Program-made: the position numbers and the translations under genes
Notes under the pieces: model-generated
What the model saw: the letters and a program-made list of their open reading frames with translations, nothing else
What the model was told of the DNA's origin: nothing
Databases searched by the model: none
From: an uncultured Bacteroidota bacterium
GTDB taxonomy: Bacteria; Bacteroidota; Bacteroidia; B-17B0; Aurantibacillaceae
Assembly (NCBI GenBank): GCA_937868545.1
Contig: CALMMX010000231.1
Location: forward strand, 1,233 to 65,232
Reading direction: 5' to 3'
DNA: 64,000 bases
Part shown: in pieces, positions 28,642 to 39,129 of the stretch
How positions within the stretch are numbered: position 1 is the first letter of the stretch
Layout: each line of letters starts with the position of its first letter

Positions 28642-29373
28642 ATGAAATTTCAATTTATAGTCGCAATATCATTTTTTATAATATCATGTTCAAAGACTTA
28701 CGAATATACAGATGAGGAAGCTCAGAGAACTATATTTAAACAAGCGTTTAATTTCGATTTGCCTCAAAACATAACTGATTTTCAAGTGGCTATTAAAGAT
28801 GGTGATAACAATGAAACAGTTTGGATGAAGTTTTCTAATAAAGATGGAATAATAAAAAAATTAGTAAAAAAAGATTCTATTTCAAAAGAAACAAACAAAG
28901 TGGAAAGTGCAGTTATAAACGCTATAGTAATTCATACAATGTTTGATGGTTACGAAACATTTGCTGATTCAAGTATCGCTAGCTTATTTATTAGATACTC
29001 TATTGACACCCTAAGCCGAAATTCATATATAAGTGCTCTTAATCAAGCAAAGGTTTCGAAATGGGTATACTCGGGATTTTTTAAATCCGTTAACTCAAAG
29101 GAAATCACTACTCTATCTAACGGTATAGTCCCTATTACAGATAATTATACAGATGAGCCAAATTACAGAGAAAGCTATTTAGGCTCATCACCAAAATGGA
29201 TTCCGTTTAAGCGTTGGCAATATATAGAATCAGAAATTGATTTTTATTTTAAGCCCTACTATAAAACGCTCTCAGGAAAATATACTTTATCAGGATTTAC
29301 CTATTTATATCTTAATAAACAAACAAATGATATTTACTATTTCGCCTCAGGATATAATACTGTTCGCGATTAA
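28642..29373 (+). CDS. hypothetical lipoprotein
   Basis: Lipobox (FFIISCSK). No family recognised. Confidence 0.45.
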   Translation: MKFQFIVAISFFIISCSKTYEYTDEEAQRTIFKQAFNFDLPQNITDFQVAIKDGDNNETVWMKFSNKDGIIKKLVKKDSISKETNKVESAVINAIVIHTMFDGYETFADSSIASLFIRYSIDTLSRNSYISALNQAKVSKWVYSGFFKSVNSKEITTLSNGIVPITDNYTDEPNYRESYLGSSPKWIPFKRWQYIESEIDFYFKPYYKTLSGKYTLSGFTYLYLNKQTNDIYYFASGYNTVRD

Positions 29374-29446
29374 TGTTATTGCATTTGAAATTGACTGAAG
29401 TAAAATTAACAAAACAAATTAGCGTTAATAATTAAAAAATGAAATC

Positions 29447-30352
29447 ATGAAAAAGTTAGTTATTGCAGGTGGTACAGGCTTCTTAGGAACTGAACTTATT
29501 AAACATTTTGGGTTAACTTATGATGAAATAGTTATTTTAACAAGACAACATAAACCAAGTTATGGAAAAATTAAATATGTACAATGGGATGCGAAAAATT
29601 TTGGAGATTGGCGTTTAGATTTAGAAAATGCAACTGCTGTTATTAATTTGTGTGGCAAAAGTGTTGATTGTAGGTACACTGAGAAAAACAAAGCGGAAAT
29701 TTTTGCTTCACGATTAGATTCTACATCAATAATTGGTAAAGCAATTGAAAAATGCATATCTCCTCCATTATTATGGATAAACGGCGCATCAGCAACTATA
29801 TATCAACATAGCGAAAACAACCCTATGACAGAGGCTTATGGAATTATTGGCTCTGGTTTTTCTGTAGAAGTTTGCAAGGCTTGGGAAAAAGTTTTTAATT
29901 CTTATAAATTACAAAATACCAGAAAAATAAACATGCGTATTTCAATGGTTATGGGCAAAACAGGTGGCGTATTTCCTGCTCTAAAAAATGTAGTACAAAA
30001 AAGGTTGGGTGGAACAATGGGAAATGGGACTCAACAAATTAGCTGGATACATATCACTGATTTTTGTGAAATGATAGAATGGTTTATAACTAACACAAGC
30101 ACTTCTGGAATTTATAATTGCGTTGCTCCAAAACCTGTTAGAAATAAAACTTTAATGACACTTTTAAGAAAAAAATTAAATATTAAAATAGGATTACCTG
30201 CAAATAAATGGATGTTAAAAATTGGAGCATTATTGCTAGGAACAGAAACTGAACTCATTTTAAAAAGCAGGTATTCATATCCCGAAAGAGCATTAAATGA
30301 AGGTTTTCATTTTAAATATGAAACTATTGAACAGTGCCTTAATACTTTATAA
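29447..30352 (+). CDS. TIGR01777/YfcH-type NAD-dependent epimerase family protein
   Basis: IAGGTGFLG Rossmann motif, 301 aa, C-terminal DUF1731-like region. Confidence 0.8.
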   Translation: MKKLVIAGGTGFLGTELIKHFGLTYDEIVILTRQHKPSYGKIKYVQWDAKNFGDWRLDLENATAVINLCGKSVDCRYTEKNKAEIFASRLDSTSIIGKAIEKCISPPLLWINGASATIYQHSENNPMTEAYGIIGSGFSVEVCKAWEKVFNSYKLQNTRKINMRISMVMGKTGGVFPALKNVVQKRLGGTMGNGTQQISWIHITDFCEMIEWFITNTSTSGIYNCVAPKPVRNKTLMTLLRKKLNIKIGLPANKWMLKIGALLLGTETELILKSRYSYPERALNEGFHFKYETIEQCLNTL

Positions 30353-30853
30353 CTAAAACAATAAATTACTTTTAGACTTTTTATCTTTCAAATTTTCCAA
30401 ATAAATTTCAAATACAGTTATAAAACTTGGATTAAATCTTATAGCTTCAAATATTGCATGATTATGCAAGTAACGGTTATCTCCTTTAATTATTAAAAAA
30501 TAGTCAGACTTCTCAAGCTCTGGAATTAGTTTAGTAGTGCGTTCTACATCTCCTCCAAATAAATCTAATCCTGGTTGTACTTTATTAGCATGTTCAGGCT
30601 GAAATGATGTTTGATTGGCAACCAAATTAAACTCAATATTTAAATCGTCGTGCAAAAATCGATATAATGGAAAATAAAATTGCTCTCCATCTTTATGCGA
30701 AAACTCCAACAACTCTTGTAATTGAAAATCAATATTTAAAGCAGTATTTAAAGCGCTTATAACAGTATAAATACTTTCAGTTGAAGTAATAGAAAAGATA
30801 TCAAAATCAAAATGTTCCTCATCAAAAATATCTAAATTATGTACTGCCATCAA
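30353..30853 (-). CDS. IPExxxVDY-family-like protein
   Basis: 166 aa containing IPELEKSDY. Lies beside pabB, as I recall for this Bacteroidota family. Confidence 0.5.
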   Translation of the reverse strand: MMAVHNLDIFDEEHFDFDIFSITSTESIYTVISALNTALNIDFQLQELLEFSHKDGEQFYFPLYRFLHDDLNIEFNLVANQTSFQPEHANKVQPGLDLFGGDVERTTKLIPELEKSDYFLIIKGDNRYLHNHAIFEAIRFNPSFITVFEIYLENLKDKKSKSNLLF

Positions 30854-30866
30854 TTCTTATTGTTTT

Positions 30867-31967
30867 TTAACTCAAAACTTGCATCATTGCCTTTGCTTTT
30901 AACAAACATTCTTCATACTCATCCTCCGCATTTGCCATTGATGTAATTGCACTTCCAACCGTAAAGCTTAAATATTTTTTCTCTTCATTATAAAAAATAC
31001 TTCTTATTAAAACACTCAATTCAAAATTACCATTTTCATCAATATAACCAATTGTACCAGAATAGGCATTTCTATTATATACTTCATACTCATCAATTAA
31101 TTCCATTGCCCTAATTTTTGGAGCGCCCGTCATACTAGCCATAGGAAAGGTAGCATCAATACTATTTTTAAAAGTAGTGTCATTTTTTAATTCGCATTTT
31201 ACAGTACTTACCATTTGATGCACTTGCTTAAAAGATTCAATATCAAATAATTTATCAACTGTAACTGTTCCTTTTTTTGCCACTCTCGATAAATCATTTC
31301 TACACACATCAACAATCATAACATTTTCGGTACGCTCTTTCAAATTTTGCTGTAGTTCAACTTTAAGCTTTTCATCATCATCAATAGTTAAACCTCTTTT
31401 TGCAGTTCCCTTTATTGGCTTCGTAATTAATTCACTGTTACACTTCTTTAAATATAACTCCGGACTAGATGATATTATATAGTTACTATCAAACTTTGCT
31501 AAACAAGCATAAGGTGCATCACTAATAGAATTAAGTTTTACAAACAATGAATATGGATTTACAATTACATCCTCAGCTTCAAAAGTAATACAGTAGTTAA
31601 TTTCATAAATATCTCCTTGTTGTATATGATTTTGCAATTTGTTGAATTTTGCAATATATTCCTCTTTGGTAACAGTTGGTTTAATATCAATTTTTGGAGA
31701 AATACCTTCAGTATCTTGAGATAATTCAAAACTCAATTTTTCCTCAACCTCCACAAAAAGTGAACTAGGGAATTGTAACGGATTATTTTTTTTGTCTTCG
31801 AATTTCTCAATTTCGTTTTTATAATCATACGAAACAAAAGCAATGCAATTATTAGATGAACCAAAATCACTCGAGTTTTTATTTGAGAGATAGGCAGAAA
31901 AAAAAGGTTTTGAGGAGTCATTTCTTTTAACAAATCCAAACCTAAATCGATCCAATGCGGTTTTCAT
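30867..31967 (-). CDS. pabB: aminodeoxychorismate/anthranilate synthase component I family (chorismate-binding)
   Basis: SPELYLK, TKPIKGT and FPMASMTGAPKIRAMELIDE motifs. At 366 aa it is short for the family. Confidence 0.75.
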   Translation of the reverse strand: MKTALDRFRFGFVKRNDSSKPFFSAYLSNKNSSDFGSSNNCIAFVSYDYKNEIEKFEDKKNNPLQFPSSLFVEVEEKLSFELSQDTEGISPKIDIKPTVTKEEYIAKFNKLQNHIQQGDIYEINYCITFEAEDVIVNPYSLFVKLNSISDAPYACLAKFDSNYIISSSPELYLKKCNSELITKPIKGTAKRGLTIDDDEKLKVELQQNLKERTENVMIVDVCRNDLSRVAKKGTVTVDKLFDIESFKQVHQMVSTVKCELKNDTTFKNSIDATFPMASMTGAPKIRAMELIDEYEVYNRNAYSGTIGYIDENGNFELSVLIRSIFYNEEKKYLSFTVGSAITSMANAEDEYEECLLKAKAMMQVLS

Positions 31968-32067
31968 TGAGTAAATATATAAAACAAATGTTTAAATAAT
32001 AGTAAGCGCCGCGTAACTTATCAATAAATTTAATGTATAAATTAATAAATCAACTAAATAAATTGTC

Positions 32068-32634
32068 ATGAATAAACTCTTTATTTTTATACTAATCTCC
32101 TTATCATATTGTTTAACTGCTCAAAACGTAGGGATAAACGCAACTGGTGCAGCACCAGATGCAAGTGCAATGCTAGATGTGGCGGCAACTAATAAAGGCC
32201 TTTTAATACCAAGGGTAAGTCTCACGGCAATAAATAATAATTCACCCATTGGGGCTGGAATAACAACATCCTTACTTGTATACAACACAGCTACTTCTGG
32301 AGTAGCTCCAAATAATGTAACTCCAGGTTACTATTATTGGGATGGGTCTGTGTGGAGAAGACAGGTAGATTTTGTAACCGAAAGATGGGTTTATCCACCT
32401 ACTAATATAAATTCAAACACAACCTATAATTTAACAGCTACTATTCCGGGTGTTACCTCTTCATCAAGTGTATTTGTAAATTTATATGGAGATTGGGCAA
32501 CAACACCTAATGTAACCATTCATCACGTAGAAGCCCAAACTGGCGCTGTTAGATTTAGAATTTCAAATAATACATCTGGTGGAGGCTCAATAAATTATAC
32601 AGGTATGGATTTTATTATTACTGTAATTAGATAA
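32068..32634 (+). CDS. secreted protein of unknown function
   Basis: Signal peptide MNKLFIFIL..., then NVGINATGAAPDASAMLDV..TNKGLLIPRVSL...LLVYNT...YYYWDGSVW, a recurrent Bacteroidota N-terminal module with no assigned function. Confidence 0.55.
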   Translation: MNKLFIFILISLSYCLTAQNVGINATGAAPDASAMLDVAATNKGLLIPRVSLTAINNNSPIGAGITTSLLVYNTATSGVAPNNVTPGYYYWDGSVWRRQVDFVTERWVYPPTNINSNTTYNLTATIPGVTSSSSVFVNLYGDWATTPNVTIHHVEAQTGAVRFRISNNTSGGGSINYTGMDFIITVIR

Positions 32635-32638
32635 CAAA

Positions 32639-32983
32639 ATGAATAAATTATTTTTAATCCTATTTCTATTGATTTCTTGTAATATGATATCTCAAATTAC
32701 AATTAGCAAAAACGAAGCGGTGTCATCAGCCCCAGATTCAACAATTACATTATCTCCTGTAAATGTAGTATCATTAAATTCATATACCTCTGGAAATTTA
32801 AATATGAAACAAAATCCTAAATTAACTAAAGCCGAAATCAAAATAACAGAAGTTGTTGAATCAAAAAATGGCATTCCAATTGAAATTTATATAAGTAATA
32901 TTCCTAAAACTCAATCTCGCATTTTGTCAGATTCATCAATAAACATTACTAAATCGGCCATTTTATTAAAACCAAATGAATAA
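32639..32983 (+). CDS. small secreted protein of unknown function
   Basis: 114 aa, signal peptide MNKLFLILF.... Starts 4 nt after the previous stop and overlaps the next start by 8 nt. Confidence 0.45.
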   Translation: MNKLFLILFLLISCNMISQITISKNEAVSSAPDSTITLSPVNVVSLNSYTSGNLNMKQNPKLTKAEIKITEVVESKNGIPIEIYISNIPKTQSRILSDSSINITKSAILLKPNE

Positions 32984-34574
32984 AATAGTTTTTATCTTTT
33001 TATTACTAATAATAGCCTTAAGCAATTTTTCTCAAGGCTTGATTAATAATGGTGCAAGTATTGTATTTTCAGGCTCATCTCAAGTTTATATAGATGGAGC
33101 ATCTGGCCATTATACCAATCAACTTGGTGGATTAATTACACCAAGCGCAACAAGTAGCATAACGTTATTAGGTAATTGGGTAAACAATTCATCGCCTGTG
33201 AATGTTGCTTTTAACAATGATGGTGGTGGTGTTATACTAGCAGGAACTAATCAAACTATTGGTGGCAGTAACCCTACTGCCTTTTACAACTTAAGCTTAA
33301 CAGGTAGTGGAACTAAACAACTTACTGTAAATAGCAATACTGTTGGTGGTCAATCTGCTTATTCTGGCATTTTATCATTAGGGTCTCGTCCTTTAGATTT
33401 AAATAGCAATAGAATAGATATTACAAATAGTGCCGTAGGAGCAATTACTCGTTCAAGTGGCTACATAATAAGTGAAACAAATGCTGGTGTTAACCCAAGC
33501 ATCATTCGTTGGTTTCATCGTACAACAACAGGTTCAAAAGTTTACCCCTTTGGTGTAAGTGCAGGTTATTTTATTCCATTTACATTAAATATAACAACAG
33601 CCTTACCAGCATCGACTGATTATGTTGACGTTTCTACACGTGCAACTCCATCAGACAATTTGCCTTGGGCAGGTGTTAGTAATGTAGCAGCTGTTGCACA
33701 TATGTATTCACCTAATGTACCATACGCAGATGGCACAATACCAGCTGTAATTGATAGATGGTGGGACATAACACCTAGTGGGGCAGTAACTGCTGATGCT
33801 ACATTCAGTTATTTAGGTTCAGAAAACACATTAGATCCATTATATTCGCCAGGTTTAATTGGCGCACAATACTGGAATGGAACAGGTTGGATGCCCAACA
33901 ATGCGGTTATTGGAAGTGCGGCAGTTGTAAGTGGAGTTGGTGTAGTTGGTTCAGTTACCGCTCCAGGATTAACTAATTTTTGTCCTTGGGTACTTTCTGC
34001 ATTACTTTCTCCTTTACCAATTGAATTAATAAATTTTGATGCAACTTGTTATGAAAATAAAGTACTATTAAATTGGTGTACTGCTACTGAAAATAATAAT
34101 CTATTCTTTACTGTAGAACATTCTACAAATGGAATAGCTTTTTACCCATTAGGAAATGTAACTGGCAGTGGAACTACTTCTACTAAGCATTGCTATTCTT
34201 TTGAAGCCACGGCTCTTTCTGATGGCATCAATTACTACAAACTAACTGAAACTGATAATTTAGGAAAAGTTACGTCTTCCAAAATAATTTCTATCAACGG
34301 CTGTGAATCTACAAAAGACAATATTGTAATAACAAATAGTGGTTCTACAATTGTTGGCATTTTAATCAATTCAACAAGTAATCAAAAATTAAATTGTGTA
34401 GTACATAATAGTTTAGGGCAAATTGTAGCGCAAAGGGAAATTGTAGTTATAGAAGGTTTTAATTCTATTGAAATAGATTTATCTGAATTATCTAATTCAA
34501 TTTATTACATTTCAATGTTAAATAATGAAGAAAATTTAAGTAGTAAGAAAATTATTTTAAGTAGTAATAAATAA
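32976..34574 (+). CDS. secreted Gly/Ser/Thr-rich protein with C-terminal sorting-like domain
   Basis: Signal peptide MNKIVFIFL..., and a repetitive beta-rich body. It also carries an L.NFDA....KVLLNW.T..E.NN.FF.VEHS.NG module and a terminal ~80 aa resembling a type A T9SS tail (...SIYYISM...). Confidence 0.6.
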   Translation: MNKIVFIFLLLIIALSNFSQGLINNGASIVFSGSSQVYIDGASGHYTNQLGGLITPSATSSITLLGNWVNNSSPVNVAFNNDGGGVILAGTNQTIGGSNPTAFYNLSLTGSGTKQLTVNSNTVGGQSAYSGILSLGSRPLDLNSNRIDITNSAVGAITRSSGYIISETNAGVNPSIIRWFHRTTTGSKVYPFGVSAGYFIPFTLNITTALPASTDYVDVSTRATPSDNLPWAGVSNVAAVAHMYSPNVPYADGTIPAVIDRWWDITPSGAVTADATFSYLGSENTLDPLYSPGLIGAQYWNGTGWMPNNAVIGSAAVVSGVGVVGSVTAPGLTNFCPWVLSALLSPLPIELINFDATCYENKVLLNWCTATENNNLFFTVEHSTNGIAFYPLGNVTGSGTTSTKHCYSFEATALSDGINYYKLTETDNLGKVTSSKIISINGCESTKDNIVITNSGSTIVGILINSTSNQKLNCVVHNSLGQIVAQREIVVIEGFNSIEIDLSELSNSIYYISMLNNEENLSSKKIILSSNK

Positions 34575-35087
34575 TTACCAACCTGCTATTTCCCAAGTAT
34601 CCTGCGAACGCATTACTTGCTCTATTATATCACGTACACAAGCCTCTCCACCTTTTCTATTAGAAATATAAATTGAAATATCTTTTATTTCATGAGCTGC
34701 ATTTTCAGGACAAGCTGCAATTCCTACTCTTTTCATAACATGATAATCAGGTAAATCATCGCCCATATAAAGTATTTCCTCTTCTTTTAAATCATGTTCT
34801 AAAATGTAATTTTCATAACATTCTTCTTTATTACTTTGACTTAAAAACACATCTTTAATTCCTAAATCATGCAAAACAGTTTTAACAGCAACACTATTTC
34901 CACCAGTTATAACAGCAATTCTATATCCTTTTTTAACAGCTAACTGTAAAGCATATCCATCTTTTGAATTTAAATTACGCACTATTTCTCCGTTGGGCAT
35001 AACAAATACATTTCCGTTTGTTAATACACCATCAATATCAAATAAAAGCGTTTTTATTTGAGTAAGTTTCTCTTTAAAATTTTTCAT
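34575..35087 (-). CDS. kdsC: KDO 8-phosphate phosphatase (HAD-IIIA)
   Basis: LLFDIDGVLTNG, ITGG, MGDDLPD; 170 aa. Confidence 0.85.
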   Translation of the reverse strand: MKNFKEKLTQIKTLLFDIDGVLTNGNVFVMPNGEIVRNLNSKDGYALQLAVKKGYRIAVITGGNSVAVKTVLHDLGIKDVFLSQSNKEECYENYILEHDLKEEEILYMGDDLPDYHVMKRVGIAACPENAAHEIKDISIYISNRKGGEACVRDIIEQVMRSQDTWEIAGW

Positions 35088-35874
35088 TCTGTTGCGAAAT
35101 TATTAATGCGGATAATGATTTATAAATTGTACTCAATTGCTTATTTGATTTTAAAATAGTTAAGTGCTTTTGCATGGTAACTTTATCATTTCTTTTAGCC
35201 GGGCCTGTTTGGGCGCTTTTTGGGCCTAATGCCAGCATTTTATTAAATGACTGTTTCATGAGTGGTTCCAGTAATTTTACTTCGCTCTTTGAAACACCAT
35301 TGCTCATTATTTGTTGAGAAGCTTCATACAATGCATTTGTAAAATTACAAGCAAAAACCGCTGATAAATGCACGGTTAAACGCTTTTGTGAACTCATACT
35401 TTTTACCAAAGGAGAAAACAATTTTGCCAATGTTTTTAGTTTTGATAATGAACCATTTGAATTTGCTTCAATTAAAATAGGAATTTCATTCCAGTCTAGA
35501 GTATCATTTTTACTAAATGTTTGTAGAGGATAAAATACTCCAGCATTTTTCAAACAATTTGAAATGACACTTATATCAATACTTCCAGAGGTATGCAAAA
35601 ATAATCCTTTACTATTTAATGGAGCTAGTTTTTTTGCTACCTCAGCTATGGCGTCATCTTTCACACAAATAAAATACACATCCGCTTCTGTATTTATCAA
35701 ATTGTAATTACTAGTAAAACCACAATTGTGTGAGTTAGCTAATTGTGTGGCTACTTTTGTTTTACGGTGATTAAACACTTGCACTAAACGCATGTGTTTA
35801 TTGGATGAAATAAAATGAGATAAATGAAAGGATAAATTTCCAGTGCCAATAATTACTATGTTAATGGGATTCAC
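35074..35874 (-). CDS. Rossmann-like / DUF2520 domain protein
   Basis: IVIIGTGNLSFHL N-terminus and a C-terminal GPAKRND motif typical of DUF2520 proteins. Confidence 0.7.
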   Translation of the reverse strand: MNPINIVIIGTGNLSFHLSHFISSNKHMRLVQVFNHRKTKVATQLANSHNCGFTSNYNLINTEADVYFICVKDDAIAEVAKKLAPLNSKGLFLHTSGSIDISVISNCLKNAGVFYPLQTFSKNDTLDWNEIPILIEANSNGSLSKLKTLAKLFSPLVKSMSSQKRLTVHLSAVFACNFTNALYEASQQIMSNGVSKSEVKLLEPLMKQSFNKMLALGPKSAQTGPAKRNDKVTMQKHLTILKSNKQLSTIYKSLSALIISQQNEKF

Positions 35875-35891
35875 GAAAATTTATTTACAAT

Positions 35892-38510
35892 TTAGTTAAT
35901 GGCAGAATTATTAGCACTACTAATTTTATTTATTCTTCTTCTTTCAATGATGGCAATTATACTTCCTATAATCATTGCTAAACTTCCTATCCATAAAATG
36001 TTAATATATGGAAATTCATAGGCTTCTAACACTACAAACTCTTTAGTGTTTCCAACCTTTTCACTCATTTGAATTTCTATACTGCCCTCAGTTGGATTTA
36101 TCTTCCAAAAAATAAATTTCAAACCAAGCTCTGTAAGTTCAAATTCATCAGGCAAAACCATATTGTTTTTTAATATATACTTTGGATAGGCTTTATACGT
36201 TTTTCCGTTTATATCAGTAGCCTTTAAAACTGCGGTAACTATTAATGCACTATCATTGGCAGTTGCATATTGCTGCTCAGTTAAATTCGTAGTAATACTT
36301 TCAATTAATATAATTGCGTTTTCTGCAAAAATAGTATCATTAACATGTCCTATAAAATTAGTTGGTTCTTTAAATTTATCAGCATTAGTTTGTTTTGTGT
36401 CAGATAAATCTGCATAAGTAATGTGTGTATAAATGTCTTTAGCTAAAAAATGTTTTGTATCAGGGTTAGAGGCTTGCCCCATACGAGGGTTATCTTGAAC
36501 CATTGGACTTAACTCAAATACTTTTTCAAATTTACCAGTGGCAGTATCTTTTGTAAAATAATCCATGTTAAAAAACACATCAATCCCTTTTCGCTCTTTG
36601 CCTTTATACGTAACAAAATAATTACCCATTTGCAAAGTATCTCCTTTTGTTAATACCAAACTTTTTTGCGCATTAAAATTCTCACCTAAACTAGCCACAT
36701 TTTTGGATGAAGTATTTTGAGAAATAGTTTGTTTTTTAGATGTAGAGATTAATGCTCCAATCATAATTAAAGCAAAACCAATATGCGCTATAGATGAGCC
36801 AGCACGGCGTAATTTACCTTTTAAAACAGTAATTGCATAGGTAAAGTTTGCAAAAAAAGCAAACAAGCCAGCTATTAACATCAAAGCATAGGATATTAAA
36901 TTCCATTTTTGTGCAGATGAAGCATTTGCATAATCATGTAAGAAATAAAGTGGAATGCTACTTATAACGCCAAATAAAATAGCAGCTATAAACGGAATTG
37001 TTAACTGAACAATAAATTCCTTTTTATTAGTTTTTTTGTATTTAAAAAACTGAGTAACTGCAACCAATAATAATGACGCAATAGCAAAAGGCGTTTGCCA
37101 CATATTATAATCTGCTGTTTTTAATGGTGCTTTATCTAAACCAAATAATTTATTTAGTACAGGTATAGATGTGAAATAAGTTATTACTAAAGCCGATAAC
37201 AATAAAACTAAAGCTCCAACAAATATCCAAAACTCTCTGCTATAAAGACTTTCCTCTTCTTCCTCTTTAGGGAAATATTTTATGTAACCATAAATTGTAA
37301 GAATTACACTTCCAAAAATCCAAAACAAAAGTATGGTTGTTTTATGTCCGTATAAAATGGAAGCGTACAACAACACTAATGAAAGCACGATATAAGAAAC
37401 CTTTATTAATTTATCGTGAATTAATAATACAACGCAAATAAAAATAAATGTAAGCACATAAATAACTAATTGCCCTTGCATACCTAAATCTGTAAAGGCA
37501 TGCACAGAGCTATTGCCAAGTATACCACTACGTGTTAAGAATGTAGAATATAACACCATTAAAAACGATGCAATGGCTAATAAGTGAGTCATGAATAAAG
37601 AACCGCCTTTATTTTTATTAACTATCATTACATGCCCTGCCGCCACTATAATTAACCAAGGAACAAGCGATGAGTTTTCTACAGGATCCCAAGCCCAAAA
37701 ACCTCCAAAGCTCAATGCTTCGTATGCCCAAGCTCCACCCATTAAAATTCCTGTTCCTAAAATCATGATGGAAAAAAAGGTCCATGTAAGAGCAGGTTTT
37801 TGCCAAGATGTGAAATTTTTCTTCCATAAACCCGCAATAGCTAAGGCAAACGGAGGCAATGTAGATGAAAACCCTAAAAACAAAGTAGGCGGATGAATTG
37901 TCATCCAATAATTCATTAATAAAGGATTCAAACCACGCCCATCTAACTTAGCAAGGTAGTTAGGCATTTGTATAAATGGTAAATTAGCAAAATCAGGATT
38001 TTCTCTTAATAATAAAAATGGGTTAGTTCCTAATTTATAATCTCCAATATAAATACCCAAAAGCATACTAGCTAAAAATACTTGCACTAAAGAAAAAACT
38101 GCCATTGCTGGCGCTTCCCATTCGCTATCAATAGTTTTGCGCAATATATTACCTAGCACTACATTCCAAAAAGTCCATAATAAAAAACTACCTTCTTGTC
38201 CTTCCCAAAAACAAGACATTATATACTCTAAAGGCATGCTGTTATTACTATGCTGCCATACATACGCATACTCATAGTAATGATTAAACAACATAATAAA
38301 TAAAGTAATAGCAATACCAAGCACTGCTATTGTATGCAGTGAAAAGCTAAAACGTGCAAATTTTTTCCATTCAGAATTTAAGCTATTATCTTTTGCATAA
38401 AAATAATAAGCAACAGTAGCTAGTAAAGCAGCCACTAGAGATAAAACAACAAATGCATTGCCAATATGACCAATCCATAAATGTTCGCCGATGTATGTTG
38501 TTGAGTTCAA
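35892..38510 (-). CDS. ccmF: cytochrome c heme lyase CcmF-like (System I), unusually long
   Basis: Polytopic membrane protein with W-rich motif GGFWAWDPVENSSLVPW. 872 aa with a large C-terminal periplasmic segment. Confidence 0.85.
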   Translation of the reverse strand: MNSTTYIGEHLWIGHIGNAFVVLSLVAALLATVAYYFYAKDNSLNSEWKKFARFSFSLHTIAVLGIAITLFIMLFNHYYEYAYVWQHSNNSMPLEYIMSCFWEGQEGSFLLWTFWNVVLGNILRKTIDSEWEAPAMAVFSLVQVFLASMLLGIYIGDYKLGTNPFLLLRENPDFANLPFIQMPNYLAKLDGRGLNPLLMNYWMTIHPPTLFLGFSSTLPPFALAIAGLWKKNFTSWQKPALTWTFFSIMILGTGILMGGAWAYEALSFGGFWAWDPVENSSLVPWLIIVAAGHVMIVNKNKGGSLFMTHLLAIASFLMVLYSTFLTRSGILGNSSVHAFTDLGMQGQLVIYVLTFIFICVVLLIHDKLIKVSYIVLSLVLLYASILYGHKTTILLFWIFGSVILTIYGYIKYFPKEEEEESLYSREFWIFVGALVLLLSALVITYFTSIPVLNKLFGLDKAPLKTADYNMWQTPFAIASLLLVAVTQFFKYKKTNKKEFIVQLTIPFIAAILFGVISSIPLYFLHDYANASSAQKWNLISYALMLIAGLFAFFANFTYAITVLKGKLRRAGSSIAHIGFALIMIGALISTSKKQTISQNTSSKNVASLGENFNAQKSLVLTKGDTLQMGNYFVTYKGKERKGIDVFFNMDYFTKDTATGKFEKVFELSPMVQDNPRMGQASNPDTKHFLAKDIYTHITYADLSDTKQTNADKFKEPTNFIGHVNDTIFAENAIILIESITTNLTEQQYATANDSALIVTAVLKATDINGKTYKAYPKYILKNNMVLPDEFELTELGLKFIFWKINPTEGSIEIQMSEKVGNTKEFVVLEAYEFPYINILWIGSLAMIIGSIIAIIERRRINKISSANNSAIN

Positions 38511-38531
38511 TTATTAAAGTTTTAAGGTCGG

Positions 38532-38915
38532 TTAAATTTGGGGCTTTCCATCATTGTATTTACTAGGGCATTTCATTAAAATATCATTTGCATGAAAATC
38601 TGCTCCTTGCATTTTACCTATAACAACAATCTGTTCCGATTTTTGAAAATCTTGTGGCACACTTTTATGAAGAACTACCTTTTTTTCTAAGCCATTATTA
38701 TCTGTCATAAAAAACGAACACTCATCTGCATTTATTTTTGGATCATAATTTACAGGAATGATTTTATTTAATTTACCTACAACATGGTATTCGGTATCGG
38801 GGTTAGAGATTGCTTCCGAAAAATTAGCATACGATGCATTGCTACCTAATGAATAAACAATTACTCCAATTGCAACAGCAATAATTATGATACCTACAAT
38901 GTGAATCTTTTTCAT
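38532..38915 (-). CDS. ccmE: heme chaperone CcmE, CxxxY variant
   Basis: N-terminal TM anchor, OB-fold-length body, C-terminal ILMKCPSKY where canonical CcmE has LAKHDENY (Cys codon 38568-38570, Tyr codon 38556-38558). Confidence 0.8.
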   Translation of the reverse strand: MKKIHIVGIIIIAVAIGVIVYSLGSNASYANFSEAISNPDTEYHVVGKLNKIIPVNYDPKINADECSFFMTDNNGLEKKVVLHKSVPQDFQKSEQIVVIGKMQGADFHANDILMKCPSKYNDGKPQI

Positions 38916-38916
38916 T

Positions 38917-39129
38917 TTACTTATTTTCTAATTTTTTAAGTTTTACATCTATATAAATTAAGTAAGCTATAATGCAAACGAAAATGATTGATAATACACT
39001 AATTACCACATATATTTTTCCTTCGCTTCTAAAAGTATCTGCCATACTTGGCCCTGTAGCTATTTCCTGTGCATTACTTACTAAAAACGAAAGTAAAAAT
39101 GCTACTATTAATAAAATTTTATTCTTCAT
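38917..39129 (-). CDS. ccmD: CcmD-like small membrane protein
   Basis: 70 aa with two hydrophobic segments, positioned between ccmC and ccmE. Confidence 0.5.
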   Translation of the reverse strand: MKNKILLIVAFLLSFLVSNAQEIATGPSMADTFRSEGKIYVVISVLSIIFVCIIAYLIYIDVKLKKLENK

